Shown piece by piece: positions 14,634 to 25,566 of a DNA stretch of 64,000 nucleotides (position 1 is its first letter; every line of letters starts with the position of its first letter). Position numbers and translations under genes: made by a program. The stretch is taken from NCBI GenBank assembly GCA_964016885.1, contig OZ024754.1, forward strand, positions 31,558,001 through 31,622,000, written 5' to 3'. The notes under the pieces were generated by a model. That model searched no databases. It was not told where the DNA came from and was given only the letters and a program-made list of their open reading frames with translations. Origin of the DNA: Eledone cirrhosa (Eukaryota).

Positions 14634-16469
14634 ATGGCGGAAAAGATGGCAGACATGTCTGCCATTAGCTCTGCCACGCCCCCCAAGTCTGAAGAACAAA
14701 AAATAATTACAACAAAATTAGACATTGAAACAAACAAACAAAATGAAAAAACAAATGTTAAGGAAAATGAGCAAACAGAAAACAAACAAACAGAAAATAA
14801 TACAAATAACGACAGGGCAACTTTCGCCCAGAAAACAAAGCAATCCATTACATACACACCAATTGACCTAACTGCCGCCAGAGAAAAACTGGCCGAAGCA
14901 AAGAAACATATTGTTTTGGGGGAGAACGGAATGTTTTCCATTAACTCCCCCCCAGAATTCAAGAAAGCCAGAGCAGAAAACACAGTTATATACAGAACTA
15001 TACTAAACCAGTCAAGAAAGCCAGCACAGCCCAGCCAAATGGAAATAGAGTTAGTCCTAAAAGACTATATGAAGAATATTCTCTTCATACGAAAGGACCG
15101 ACTCTATGGCAGCATTTCGGTCCTAACAAGAGACAAAGAAACGGCGGTTCAGCTTTCCCTAAGCCCACTCTCGTCGACAACATATAGCTTCTATCCCTCC
15201 TACATGGGTAGAAGAACACAGAGAATAAAAGTAAAAACAATGCTGCCCACAATGGACTTCTGGTGGGCTATTGCTGGCTTCATTGATATGGGCGAAGACA
15301 CTATGCTGTCAATGGGGAAGGCAACTGGAGATGCGTTCCTGGGAATGGGCCTCGACATACTAGTCCAAATGAGGCCCGAAAGAATAGCACAAATCCCGGA
15401 TCGCATCTGGCTGGATGACCTTACCCCAATAGACATAATTGTAGAGGGGAGAAGACCAGCATGCTATTTATGCATGGAAAGGGGACACGTTAAGGCTAAC
15501 TGCCCGAAACGTATCCCCCAAAAAGGACTATTGCCCACACCCACCACAAACAGTACACCAGCACCACCCACCTCCAAAAATACACTAATACCACACACAG
15601 CAAACAAAATACAGACACCACCAACCACAAACACAACACAAACATCACCACCACCAGCACCAAACACAAGCACGACACAAAAATCACCACCACCAACCAC
15701 AACACAAACATCACCACCACCATTACCAACCACAAGCACGACACAAACATTACCACCACCACCACCACAAAACCCATTCCAAACAAATAATAAAAAAAAC
15801 AGTAACAAATCTACCCCTCCCGCAAAAAAAAAACAACCACACAACACGTCCCTCCCACCTAGCGCTGAAGAGTTTCCCCCAACTTCTGAAGAAGAAGGAG
15901 GAGAAGCCTTCAGACAAGTTAAAAGAAAAAAAAGAAAACACACACCCAGCACACCACAAATAACCCACACACAAACACCAACTCCAATCAAAAACACCCC
16001 ACCCTCAACAAACAAAAATAAATCTGCGCCTCCCCTCTCCGAAACATTGACAGCATCACAAAAAAAGACGTTGCAATACACATATATAAATAAAGAAAAC
16101 AAAAAACTGGTTAAATTAATAAACAATAACCCTATGGTGCAGACCGAAGGGCCAAACTTTATCTCAACAGAGAACTTCACCCATTTAAAAATGATAAAGG
16201 TCCCTCTGGACCTTTATCGTTCCTTAAAAGAACAATTTAGACGGGACGTGAGCCCCCCCTGTTTAAAACCGTTGAATCGCGTCCTCTTGAAAGATTTCCC
16301 CATAACCGCCCCTCTCCCTGACACAACTCCAAATACCCCAACCCCACCACACACGTGTACCCCCACACCACCACAAAACATCCCTCCACCCAACACACCT
16401 GATGCCATGGAAATTACGCAACCCGGAGAGGTAAGTGCTTTTCTTTCTTCACTTTCAACACCAAAATAG
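14634..16469 (+). CDS. ORF1 gag-like nucleic-acid-binding protein
   Basis: First ATG at 14634 within the track ORF; CX2CX4HX4C knuckle CYLCMERGHVKANC; P/T-rich C-terminal half with KRKKRK. Confidence 0.85.
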   Translation: MAEKMADMSAISSATPPKSEEQKIITTKLDIETNKQNEKTNVKENEQTENKQTENNTNNDRATFAQKTKQSITYTPIDLTAAREKLAEAKKHIVLGENGMFSINSPPEFKKARAENTVIYRTILNQSRKPAQPSQMEIELVLKDYMKNILFIRKDRLYGSISVLTRDKETAVQLSLSPLSSTTYSFYPSYMGRRTQRIKVKTMLPTMDFWWAIAGFIDMGEDTMLSMGKATGDAFLGMGLDILVQMRPERIAQIPDRIWLDDLTPIDIIVEGRRPACYLCMERGHVKANCPKRIPQKGLLPTPTTNSTPAPPTSKNTLIPHTANKIQTPPTTNTTQTSPPPAPNTSTTQKSPPPTTTQTSPPPLPTTSTTQTLPPPPPQNPFQTNNKKNSNKSTPPAKKKQPHNTSLPPSAEEFPPTSEEEGGEAFRQVKRKKRKHTPSTPQITHTQTPTPIKNTPPSTNKNKSAPPLSETLTASQKKTLQYTYINKENKKLVKLINNNPMVQTEGPNFISTENFTHLKMIKVPLDLYRSLKEQFRRDVSPPCLKPLNRVLLKDFPITAPLPDTTPNTPTPPHTCTPTPPQNIPPPNTPDAMEITQPGEVSAFLSSLSTPK

Positions 16470-16474
16470 ATCAA

Positions 16475-19400
16475 TTGAGAGTTGGCTGTTTGAACGCGCG
16501 TGGCCTGAGCTCAGCTTGGAAGCAAGCAAAGCTTCTAAGTGACCTCAGGTCACAAAGTATAGATGTGATGGTTGTTTGCGAGAGTCGGATCAGCAGCGTG
16601 AGACAGCTGGCGCCCGCCTTCGATGACTTTGAGATGCACGCATCTCTCTGTCAACCCGGAGGCGGGGGGGGAGTTGCCGTACTGCTGGATAAACGTCTGA
16701 CTCTCGACGTACAGATTGTTCACTCGGACCCGGGGGGTCGATTACTGGTGCTGGACGTCGGAGGTGGTGAAGGCGGGGCTTTCAGACTGGTCGGTCTTTA
16801 TGCTCCCTTCGGGGCGGAGAGAGCCGACTTCTTCCAACGTCTGGAGACTTTTCTAGGAACGTCGCGTTCCCTGCTTTTAGTGGGGGACTGGAATGGAATC
16901 CTAGATGCGCGTTGGGACTATGCAGGGGCATGTCCCGATAGAGGGGGGTGTAGCAGCCTCAAGGGGTTACTCGATCGATTCGACCTGGTCGATAGATTTC
17001 GACTAGATTGTCCAACTGCGCCAACCTGGACCTGGGCAAACCGCAGTGGACAATCTAGATCGTACCTAGATAGGTTTTTGGTTAGGAGTAAGGATAGGGA
17101 CGTATTTAGTTGTCCAGAACTGATCATGGTTGGCTATTCAGATCACAAATTAGTGACCTGCGTGGTCAACCTTGATAGAACGCATAGACAGGGTCCCGGT
17201 TACTGGAAGATGAACTTGTCCTTACCGACAAAGAAAGATTACAGAAACCGGATTAGTAGCTTAGTTAAGATGCGGTTGACGGGAGCGATCGTCAACAGTA
17301 GGTGGTGGATATCTCTAAAGAGAGAGATTAGAGTAAGTTCGATAGGTTACAGTAAGGAACTAGCGGCGAATAGAAATAGGAGGGAAAGGGAGTTAACAGA
17401 TAAACTAGAAGAGGCGATTAGGAGCGGAGACGTAGCCAGAGTGTTAGCGACGAGAACGGCATTGAGCCAGTTCTTTGACGCGAAGCACGAAGGCTGCGTT
17501 GTCCGAAGTAAAATACGTGCTTTAGGAAACGAGGGGACCAAAGCTGTTAGCTGGGCCCGCGTGACAGAAGCCAAGAGTGGGATTAAATCCACCATTCGGT
17601 CTTTGCGAGACCAGGATGGACGGGTGATCCTTGAACCTGAGCGAATGTGCGAGACCTTTCAAAGGCACTTTGCTCGACTGTTCGGAGGTGGCGGGGGGCC
17701 GGACGGGGATGTGGACTTCGGTCCATACCTCGACGGTCTACCGCGTCTTTCGAGCGGCGAAGCGGAGTGCTGCGAAGGGCCAATCACAGCCACTGAAATC
17801 GGGGAAGCGCTCAGCCAATGCAGCAGACGCAAATCCCCGGGTCTCGATGGTCTACCATACGAACTTTATTTAGCTATGCCGGTCTTGTTCTCCGAACTCC
17901 TCGAGGCTGTCTATTGCAACTGGCAACAGAACGGGAGAATTCCCTGTTCTGTGACCAAGGGCGTGGTCACGCTAGTGAGGAAGGACGAGAGCAAGGGGGA
18001 CGACTTAAGTAACTTTAGGCCCATAACTCTGCTGAATGCAGAGTTACAGATTTTGGCCAAGGTGTTGGCGAAGAGGTTGGCGCTTGTGGTGGGTGGTTTG
18101 GTGGGAGACGCGCAGACATGCGCTATCCCGTCCAGGTCCATTCACGACAACCTCCACCTCATGCGATACATCATAGAGAGGGTTGGCTACGAACCCGGCT
18201 TTGGTGGGGCCCTGATCAACTTGGATCAATCTAAGGCGTTCGATAGGGTCGACCATGGTTACCTGGATGCGGTGCTAGCGGCGGCGGGCTTCGGACCCGT
18301 TTTCAGGGGCTGGATTTCTGCCATGCACAGTGGCAACATCTACTCTAGGATTAAAGTAAACGGCTACCTCTCGGAGCCGTTTCAAATCACCCGATCCATC
18401 AGACAGGGGTGCCCCCTCTCCTCCCTTCTGTACGTATTGACTCTCGAGCCACTGCTGCGGAAGTTGGAGTTGCTGCGGGGCATACCCCTGGAACCGGGAT
18501 TGCACAAAGCGGTCTCGGCCTATGCCGACGACGTAACAGTAATGGTGGCGGACGCCTCGGAAATCGGGGCGATCGCCACCCTACTGGAGGAATACGAAAG
18601 GCTGACGGGGGCTAAGCTGAACCAGGACAAGTCAGTCGGTTTGCAACTCGGAACGTGGAGGGGCAAACCGATGCCGTTAGACGGTGTCGTCGGGCGGTGG
18701 ACGGAGGGCCCGGTGAAGCTGCTCGGGGTCTGGTTCGGACCGGACCTCCAGGTGGAGAAGAATTGGGGCGAGGTGACGAGCAGGGTGTTTGCGCTGACCC
18801 AGAAGTGGGCCAAGTGCAAACTATCACTGAAAGGTCGGGCGGAGGTGACGAACGCTTACATAGCGTCCGTCATCTACTACCGCCTGACCGTCGTGCCTTG
18901 CCCCAAGGAAAAGCTCACCATCATGGAACGCATGCTCTTCCAGTTCCTCTGGAAGAAGCGGCCTTCCATGGTGAGGAGATCCATCTGCTGCCAGCACCCT
19001 TCGAAAGGAGGGCTGGGTATGCCGTGGCTGTTGATGCGTAGGCACGCATTGAGGCTACGGCATCTACAGGTATTCCTCAACGGTCAGCCGGTGTGGGCCC
19101 CGTTTGTGAGGCGAGCCTTCCCACAGCTCGTCTCGCTCACCGAACTGCAATCCTGGGTGAAGCAAAGACCGAGAAAACTGGGCAACTGGCACACTGAGTG
19201 TGCCCAGGCGCTCACGGCTATCTGGCAAGCGGACCCGACTGTCAGTGGAGAATCCACCTCGACATTCTATAGAGGGTTGGTGGCTAGCAGGGGCGACGAC
19301 ACCCTTGGAGAGTCGCTAGGCATGGAGGAGGACGAACTGGCCAGCCTGTTCGGTAGAACTTTCGGCCCGGGACCCATGGACAACTTCCAGAGGTCCCTAG

Positions 19401-19903
19401 CCTGGCAGTGTTACCGGGGGGCTCTGCCCGTTCGAGAAAAGCTCTACAGACACGGGCGCCCGGGCAGGGATCCCGCGAAAAAGATCTGTCCCAGATGCGT
19501 GCGCGACGAGGAAACCGTTGCGCATGCACTGGTACACTGCCCGGGCGTTGCCGATCTGTGGGGCTACGTCGAACGACTGCTGTCGCGTGTGGCGCCGATT
19601 CGATTAACCGCCGAGTCTGTGGTGAACATCAAGCCGCCTCCTCCCTTCAGAAATGAAGCAGAGGCGGTCTTTCTGTGCGTAATAGCCATGATGAAAGAGG
19701 TTGTGTGGTGGACGCGCCTGAAAGGTCTGAGGTCGGGTGACTTTCTCTCCGGCCATCACCTGGTTTACTTCTTCCGATACCATTTCGGAAGAAGAATCAG
19801 GATGGAGAGAGAAGTGCTTGGTCCCAGACAGTTTTATGAAAGGTGGGTGAAAGAAGCGAGAATGGCCCGTGTAAATGGGCCTTCTCTCTACATTGTTCTG
19901 TAG
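16475..19903 (+). CDS. ORF2 APE endonuclease / reverse transcriptase / C-terminal zinc finger (Tx1/L1-like)
   Basis: LNARGL, GDWN, SYLDRF and SDH (APE); KSPGLDGLP, NFRPITLLN, DQSKAFDRVDH, RQGCPLS and YADD (RT); CPRC..ETVAHALVHC; 1142 aa uninterrupted. Confidence 0.95.
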   Translation: MRVGCLNARGLSSAWKQAKLLSDLRSQSIDVMVVCESRISSVRQLAPAFDDFEMHASLCQPGGGGGVAVLLDKRLTLDVQIVHSDPGGRLLVLDVGGGEGGAFRLVGLYAPFGAERADFFQRLETFLGTSRSLLLVGDWNGILDARWDYAGACPDRGGCSSLKGLLDRFDLVDRFRLDCPTAPTWTWANRSGQSRSYLDRFLVRSKDRDVFSCPELIMVGYSDHKLVTCVVNLDRTHRQGPGYWKMNLSLPTKKDYRNRISSLVKMRLTGAIVNSRWWISLKREIRVSSIGYSKELAANRNRRERELTDKLEEAIRSGDVARVLATRTALSQFFDAKHEGCVVRSKIRALGNEGTKAVSWARVTEAKSGIKSTIRSLRDQDGRVILEPERMCETFQRHFARLFGGGGGPDGDVDFGPYLDGLPRLSSGEAECCEGPITATEIGEALSQCSRRKSPGLDGLPYELYLAMPVLFSELLEAVYCNWQQNGRIPCSVTKGVVTLVRKDESKGDDLSNFRPITLLNAELQILAKVLAKRLALVVGGLVGDAQTCAIPSRSIHDNLHLMRYIIERVGYEPGFGGALINLDQSKAFDRVDHGYLDAVLAAAGFGPVFRGWISAMHSGNIYSRIKVNGYLSEPFQITRSIRQGCPLSSLLYVLTLEPLLRKLELLRGIPLEPGLHKAVSAYADDVTVMVADASEIGAIATLLEEYERLTGAKLNQDKSVGLQLGTWRGKPMPLDGVVGRWTEGPVKLLGVWFGPDLQVEKNWGEVTSRVFALTQKWAKCKLSLKGRAEVTNAYIASVIYYRLTVVPCPKEKLTIMERMLFQFLWKKRPSMVRRSICCQHPSKGGLGMPWLLMRRHALRLRHLQVFLNGQPVWAPFVRRAFPQLVSLTELQSWVKQRPRKLGNWHTECAQALTAIWQADPTVSGESTSTFYRGLVASRGDDTLGESLGMEEDELASLFGRTFGPGPMDNFQRSLAWQCYRGALPVREKLYRHGRPGRDPAKKICPRCVRDEETVAHALVHCPGVADLWGYVERLLSRVAPIRLTAESVVNIKPPPPFRNEAEAVFLCVIAMMKEVVWWTRLKGLRSGDFLSGHHLVYFFRYHFGRRIRMEREVLGPRQFYERWVKEARMARVNGPSLYIVL

Positions 19904-20134
19904 GTGAAGAAGTGAAGAGGAAAGGGGGAGCGCCTCCTCTCTGGGCTTCCCCCGCGAAAAGAGTTGCACACTTTTCGGGGGTATGTGCAATCCCCAACAC
20001 GCCCCCTCCCTTTTGAGGACTTTTTATTGTTATATTATTATTGTTATTCCTTTTTTCTTTACTCGATTTATGTAAACTCCCCCACTGTGTAAATGTCCCC
20101 TTCTTTTGTGCCCTCGTGGCAAATAAATAGAAAT

Positions 20135-20169
<35 letters not shown>

Positions 20170-20509
20170 CCTCTATTTCTCTCTCTCTCTCTCTACACAC
20201 ACATACATCTCTCACTCACTCTCCCTTTCTCCATCGGTTTCTATCTGTCTATCTGTCTCTCTCTCTCTCACACATTCAACCATATCTCTATCACACTTCT
20301 CACTCACTCGCTCATCTCCAGCTGTTTTTTTTTTGTTTTGTCTCTCCTCTTACATTTTCATTTTCTTTTAATTCCCCCTCCTTCTCAATCGCCACCCTCT
20401 ATCTAACACTACTGCACCTTCTCTGTGTGCCTCTGCCTTCCTCTCTCAAACTAATTTAAAATGGTTAGTAAAATACACCAGCATTAGTTATTGAAATTAG
20501 TTCCAGCAC

Positions 20510-21110
20510 TCCATCATCACTATACCACCATCACACCACCACCACCACACTACCATACCACCACCTCTACCACACCACCACCATACCACCACATCACCAC
20601 ACTACCATACCACCATCACACCACCACCACCACCACACTACCATACCACTACCACCACCACACCACCACCACCACCAACACTACCATACCACCATACCAT
20701 CACCATCACTCCACCACCACTACACCACCACCATACCACTATCACTCCACCACCACTACACCACCACCATACCACTATCACTCCACCACCAACACTACCA
20801 TACCACCACTCCATCACCACTTACCACCATCACACCACCATCACCACACTACCATACCACCATACTATCACGTCACCACCACCACATTACCACTACACCA
20901 CCACCATAATACCACCACTACACCACCATAACACCACCACACCACCACCACTACAGCACCACCACACCACCACTACACCACCACCATACCACCATCACAC
21001 CACACCACCACTACACCACCACTACACCACCACCACCACTACACCACCATCACACCACCATACCTCCACCAACACTACCATACCACCATCACACCACCAC
21101 TACCACCATC
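20510..21110. repeat. Degenerate (CAC/CAT/TAC) low-complexity tract
   Basis: Direct reading. Confidence 0.9.
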
Positions 21111-21289
21111 ATAATAGATCCTAGATATACAAAAGTTGTCTCTATTTCATTAAAATCACCAGCAAATTGTTGCCGACAAAAGAGCAAAACAAAAAATAAT
21201 AAATAAATGAAAAAAATAAATTAGAGTCCATTTTGAGATGAGGGAGTAGAGTTATTTTGGGACATTGAGAACAAAACCACAAACAAAGT

Positions 21290-21900
21290 TAGGGTGGTTG
21301 TGTTGGACTTTGTTTGTGGTTTTGGTTTCAATGTCCCAAAATAACTCTACTCCCTCATCTGAAAGGCTGGATTTAAGAGGAGTATGTTCGTACCACTGAC
21401 ATTGTGTTTCTATGTTGTATTTTTTGCACAACTCCCAATGGATCCTTTTTGCTATAAGACTATGCTGGGTTTTATAACGTCATTTTATTAATTTTTCACA
21501 TCCACTATATGTACCACAGATTCGTGTGCTTTATGGTATAATCTGCAAAGTGGGGAGCAATTTCGTTCATCGATGTTAGCTTTCACCCAATTGGTTCTGA
21601 GTGCCTTGTCTTGTGCGGCAGTAATAATAGTTTCAGTGCTTTTTTTAATTCAACCTGACCTAAGCTAAAGCCAAGACCTAGGGTCAGCAATGTCTTTAAT
21701 GGCAGCTGGAAATTTGCCGTGATGAGTCTTTTACCTTACATACCTGTTCTTGTGTCTCTCTAAAGGCTTTGTTGTATGTTTTCTTACCTTGACCTTCTCT
21801 TATAAAGTCTTCCTTCAGAACTTCTCTGAGGAGTGGTTCTTCAGTTAATGTCAGATAATCCCACAAGCTGTTGCACTCAATACATACAGATTGCTAAACC
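21290..21900 (-). pseudogene. Degenerate R4/Dong-like RLE non-LTR retrotransposon fragment
   Basis: Minus strand pieces: HGKF..TETIITAAQDKALRTNWVKANID..CSPLCRL..ESVVHIV..IHWELCKK..WYEHTP..ELFWD. Confidence 0.7.
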
Positions 21901-22569
21901 ATAAATGAACGTCTTTTAAATACCTAAGAGTGAAAGAAAATCCATCGAAATAATTCACACTGACAGTCAGCCAACTTTAAAAAAAAAATAGTAGACCATA
22001 AGGGCCATTTCAGCGCTTTCTACTGTCATGTTTTAGTTGTAATGTAATTAGTTCTTGGATGTACATTAAATTCCCGATTTACTTCGTTTTGTAGATAATT
22101 AGTAGATAGGTAATTAGATTTTTACAAGATAATGTAGATTTTAAAGAATATATAATTGAGGTTTCCTGAATGCAGCCTTATTATATTACAAGTAACTTAA
22201 TGCTGCCTTTCAACACGAAAAAGGTTCCCCACCTCTGCTCTATTATATTTACTAAACGTATTAACAAATGTAACGTGTTGACATTTACTTTTTACTTGTT
22301 CTTCTCTTTGATGCTGTAAACAATGACATAAAACAGATAACCTTGGAATATATCATCTCTCAGTAAACAGCACTTGGTATTTAGTGAGGGTCACCCAACC
22401 TCACACCTACCATATCTCTGTGTAAGATCTAAATATTACTATTTTGGTGGCTCTTCTATTTCAGTATTGTTGTTGTTGTTGTTGTTGTTGTTTGTCAAAT
22501 GACTTCATCTGAGCTCTTGTTTGAGAATGAACACTGTTACATAGTTGTACACTCATGATAGCAATTGAT

Positions 22570-23116
22570 AACACACTCACACTCATACACTCTCTCTCAC
22601 ACACACACACTCACACACACACACTCTCACACACTCACACACACTCTCACACACTCACACACACGCACACACACTCACACACACACTCACACACACTCTC
22701 ACACACTCATACACACACACACACTCACACACTCTCACACACTCATACACACACACACACTCACACACACTCTCACACACTCACACACACTCTCACACAC
22801 TCATACACACACACACACACTCACACACATTCACACACATTCACACACACACACACACACTCACACACATTCACACACATTCACACACACATTCACACAC
22901 ACATACACTCACTCACACACTCACATACACACTCACTCACATACACATTCACTCACACACTCACTCACACACATTCACACACACATACACACTCACACAC
23001 ACACTCACACACACTCACACACACATTCCCTCACACATTCACACACACATTCACCCACACACATACTCACACACACACTCACACACTCACATACTCACAC
23101 TTACATACTCACACAT

Positions 23117-23180
<64 letters not shown>
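22570..23180. repeat. (CA)n/(CACT)n microsatellite
   Basis: Direct reading. Confidence 0.95.
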
Positions 23181-23182
<2 letters not shown>

Positions 23183-23223
23183 CACATTACACAGCGCATA
23201 TGAATGGTGTATGTACGTACGTA

Positions 23224-23421
23224 CGAGGGTCAGCTGAAATGTTCATAGGCTGACCAAGATACTCTCATGGAATGACCAAATGAGGTTTATTTTTTAACTT
23301 AGTCCCTTGAAAGAAACAATGCAGTTATTAATAAGAAGAATTGAAATTAATGCAAGCAAGATTTCACAGCTCTAGCATCACTCCTTCATAGTCAGCCTCT
23401 GAACTTTTCAGTCTACCCTCG
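23224..23421. mobile_element. Tc1/mariner-type MITE
   Basis: TA|cgagggtcagctgaaatgttcataggctgac ... gtcagcctctgaacttttcagtctaccctcg|TA: terminal inverted repeats with TA duplication; relatives at 30365-30484 and 48567-48980. Confidence 0.85.
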
Positions 23422-23612
23422 TATGCTTATACATGTACGTGTGTGTAGGTATGTATATATTAAATAATAAATATTTATGCTAGAATACACCATAAAATAG
23501 AATATTTAAGATATGTAGATAGCTACAGATTTTGGATTACAAGCCTCGCTGTGAAAAGAACGAAATGTAAACACTTTCTACTATTTCCTCTCTACACAGA
23601 AAAAACAAAAGA

Positions 23613-23730
23613 TTAACCTTTATGCGTTTCGTAGATTATTGTCTCAGGAGGGTAACAACATTGCTTTCGCCGTGAGAAAAAATAAAGTATCTCTCTGACT
23701 TTTACGAAGGACTGAGGTGATAAAGGTTAA
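23613..23730. mobile_element. Putative piggyBac-like MITE
   Basis: TTAA-CCTTTAT ... ATAAAGG-TTAA ends. Confidence 0.45.
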
Positions 23731-23903
23731 TACAAAGACTGGTGTGCTCATGCGCAGAGATGTCATAAAATAGCTTATAAAATAGGTTGAAAAACCCTTA
23801 GAGACGGGAAAAGAAGTTGCCATCGGCCGCTCTGAAAGTATTTTGTGTTTGTGGTTTTATGAAAGTTGTGCTGCTTGTTACTGTGCAGGAGAAGTCCTTA
23901 CAT

Positions 23904-23952
<49 letters not shown>

Positions 23953-24269
23953 CATACTTATTCGCCTACCCACCCACTCACCCACACACTCACACACACT
24001 ATTCACTCGCAAAACTCATTTCCTGTGAAAATAGATGACAGTGTCCTAAATGAGAAATACATTTATTTTAAGAATTTCTATTTAAAGCTCGTTAATAATT
24101 TTTATATTCTGGACATTTTTCTATTTACATCCACATATTTGTAAAATAATACTATACAGAAACTGTACCAAGCTTGTTGGGGTGGGGACTGTGTATTGTG
24201 TGTATGTATATTGTATGTGTGTGCATGTGAGTGTATGCATTTACGTGGCTGTGTGTTTGTGTATGCGTA

Positions 24270-24440
24270 TGCCAGGAGTTGCAAACGGCAGATAGTATCA
24301 ACAATAGAAAGACCAATGGACACATTGTTTCTTTGGTCCGATCTGATGATCGGCTCCCTTTTGCCAGGAGTTATAATCGGGAGATAGTATCAACAATAGA
24401 AAGACCAATGGACACATAGTTTCTTTGGTCCGATCTGATA
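24270..24440 (+). repeat. Dispersed ~92-bp unit in tandem (relatives at 48200-48500 and 61320-61400, - strand)
   Basis: gccaggagtt..agatagtatcaacaatagaaagaccaatggacaca..gtttctttggtccgatctgat occurs twice. Confidence 0.75.
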
Positions 24441-25094
24441 AGATATTTTTTCTTTTATATTATCAAATCATCAGTTTTGAAATATTTCCAAGCTGATTCA
24501 TATTTTATATTTCCACTTTTGTTATTCCAACTTATGGAAATATGAGAGCTTTGGATCTTTAGGAACTGGAACTTAATTTTAACTTAAGAAATTGTGTTTT
24601 CTTCTTAATTTATGACATTTTTTCTTTAAATGAAACGGTTTTTTAAAAATATAAAACCACACCTCTCTGCAAATTATAATTACATTTTGGCAAGTTCGGT
24701 ACACGCAGACATATATAGTTTGACTTAAACCCCCTTACCAGCAGAATCAAGACGTAAACACCTCTATGTCATCAGATGTATTGGGGCATAACTACATTTT
24801 GAAACTACTGGTAATGCGGAGTTATGTCAAGCTGTTAATAAAGTTATGTGTATATATTGGGCGGGTAAAATTCCCGAGATCCATGGACGAGTTCTCCCCC
24901 AGCGGTCTCTGTCCTTCATCATCGTCGCTATGTCCTGCGTCTACAAGAGACTTGTGACTGTCCTTAGGGCATCAACATGTAACCTCGGTCTCCCTCTTCT
25001 AGTGTGTCCGTGCGGGGGCTCCCACGTATATATATGAGAGAGAGGGAGAGAGATGTATATCCCGACCACGGCGCTAAGCGGTTTCGGCAGAGGA

Positions 25095-25232
25095 GGGGAT
25101 GTGCTCGTTCCAAGAATTCCTCTTATCCCCGCTGACGTCCCATTTCAATTCAAACGACTTCAATTTCCAGTGAGTCTTAGTTTTGCCATTGTGATTATTG
25201 CCCGGGAAGGAAACGACAGGCTACTCAGCTAG
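25095..25232 (+). mobile_element. Deleted Helitron: RepHel helicase fragment joined to a 3' CTAG end
   Basis: GDVLVPRIPLIPADVPFQFKRLQFPVSLSFAI matches the Helitron/Pif1 helicase C-terminal motif; CTAG|T at ~25229-25233. Confidence 0.7.
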
Positions 25233-25238
25233 TGGTTG

Positions 25239-25284
<46 letters not shown>

Positions 25285-25458
25285 TGTAATAAACAACATA
25301 AGGCAATTATTCCATTTACCAGTGGTTTCTTAAAAGCAAAAAATTTTGCTTTCAATCATCAGAATGAAAAAATCCTGGTCTATTTATTGAATTGGATTTT
25401 AAAAAACAAAAATGCAATCTATATGAAAGTGAGGCTGGAGAAGGAAGAAGGAAAGAAA

Positions 25459-25515
<57 letters not shown>

Positions 25516-25525
25516 TTTTGTGTGT

Positions 25526-25566
<41 letters not shown>

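Noticed and set aside
16431-16469. AG|GTAAGT..pyrimidine tract..TAG micro-intron that might fuse ORF1 to ORF2
   Set aside because: Removing these 39 nt keeps the ORF1 frame and gives GAG ATC AAT TGA (stop), not a fusion; it is also very short for an intron.
16918-20000. Many short alternative-frame and antisense ORFs inside ORF2
   Set aside because: Expected in GC-rich coding DNA; no recognisable motifs.
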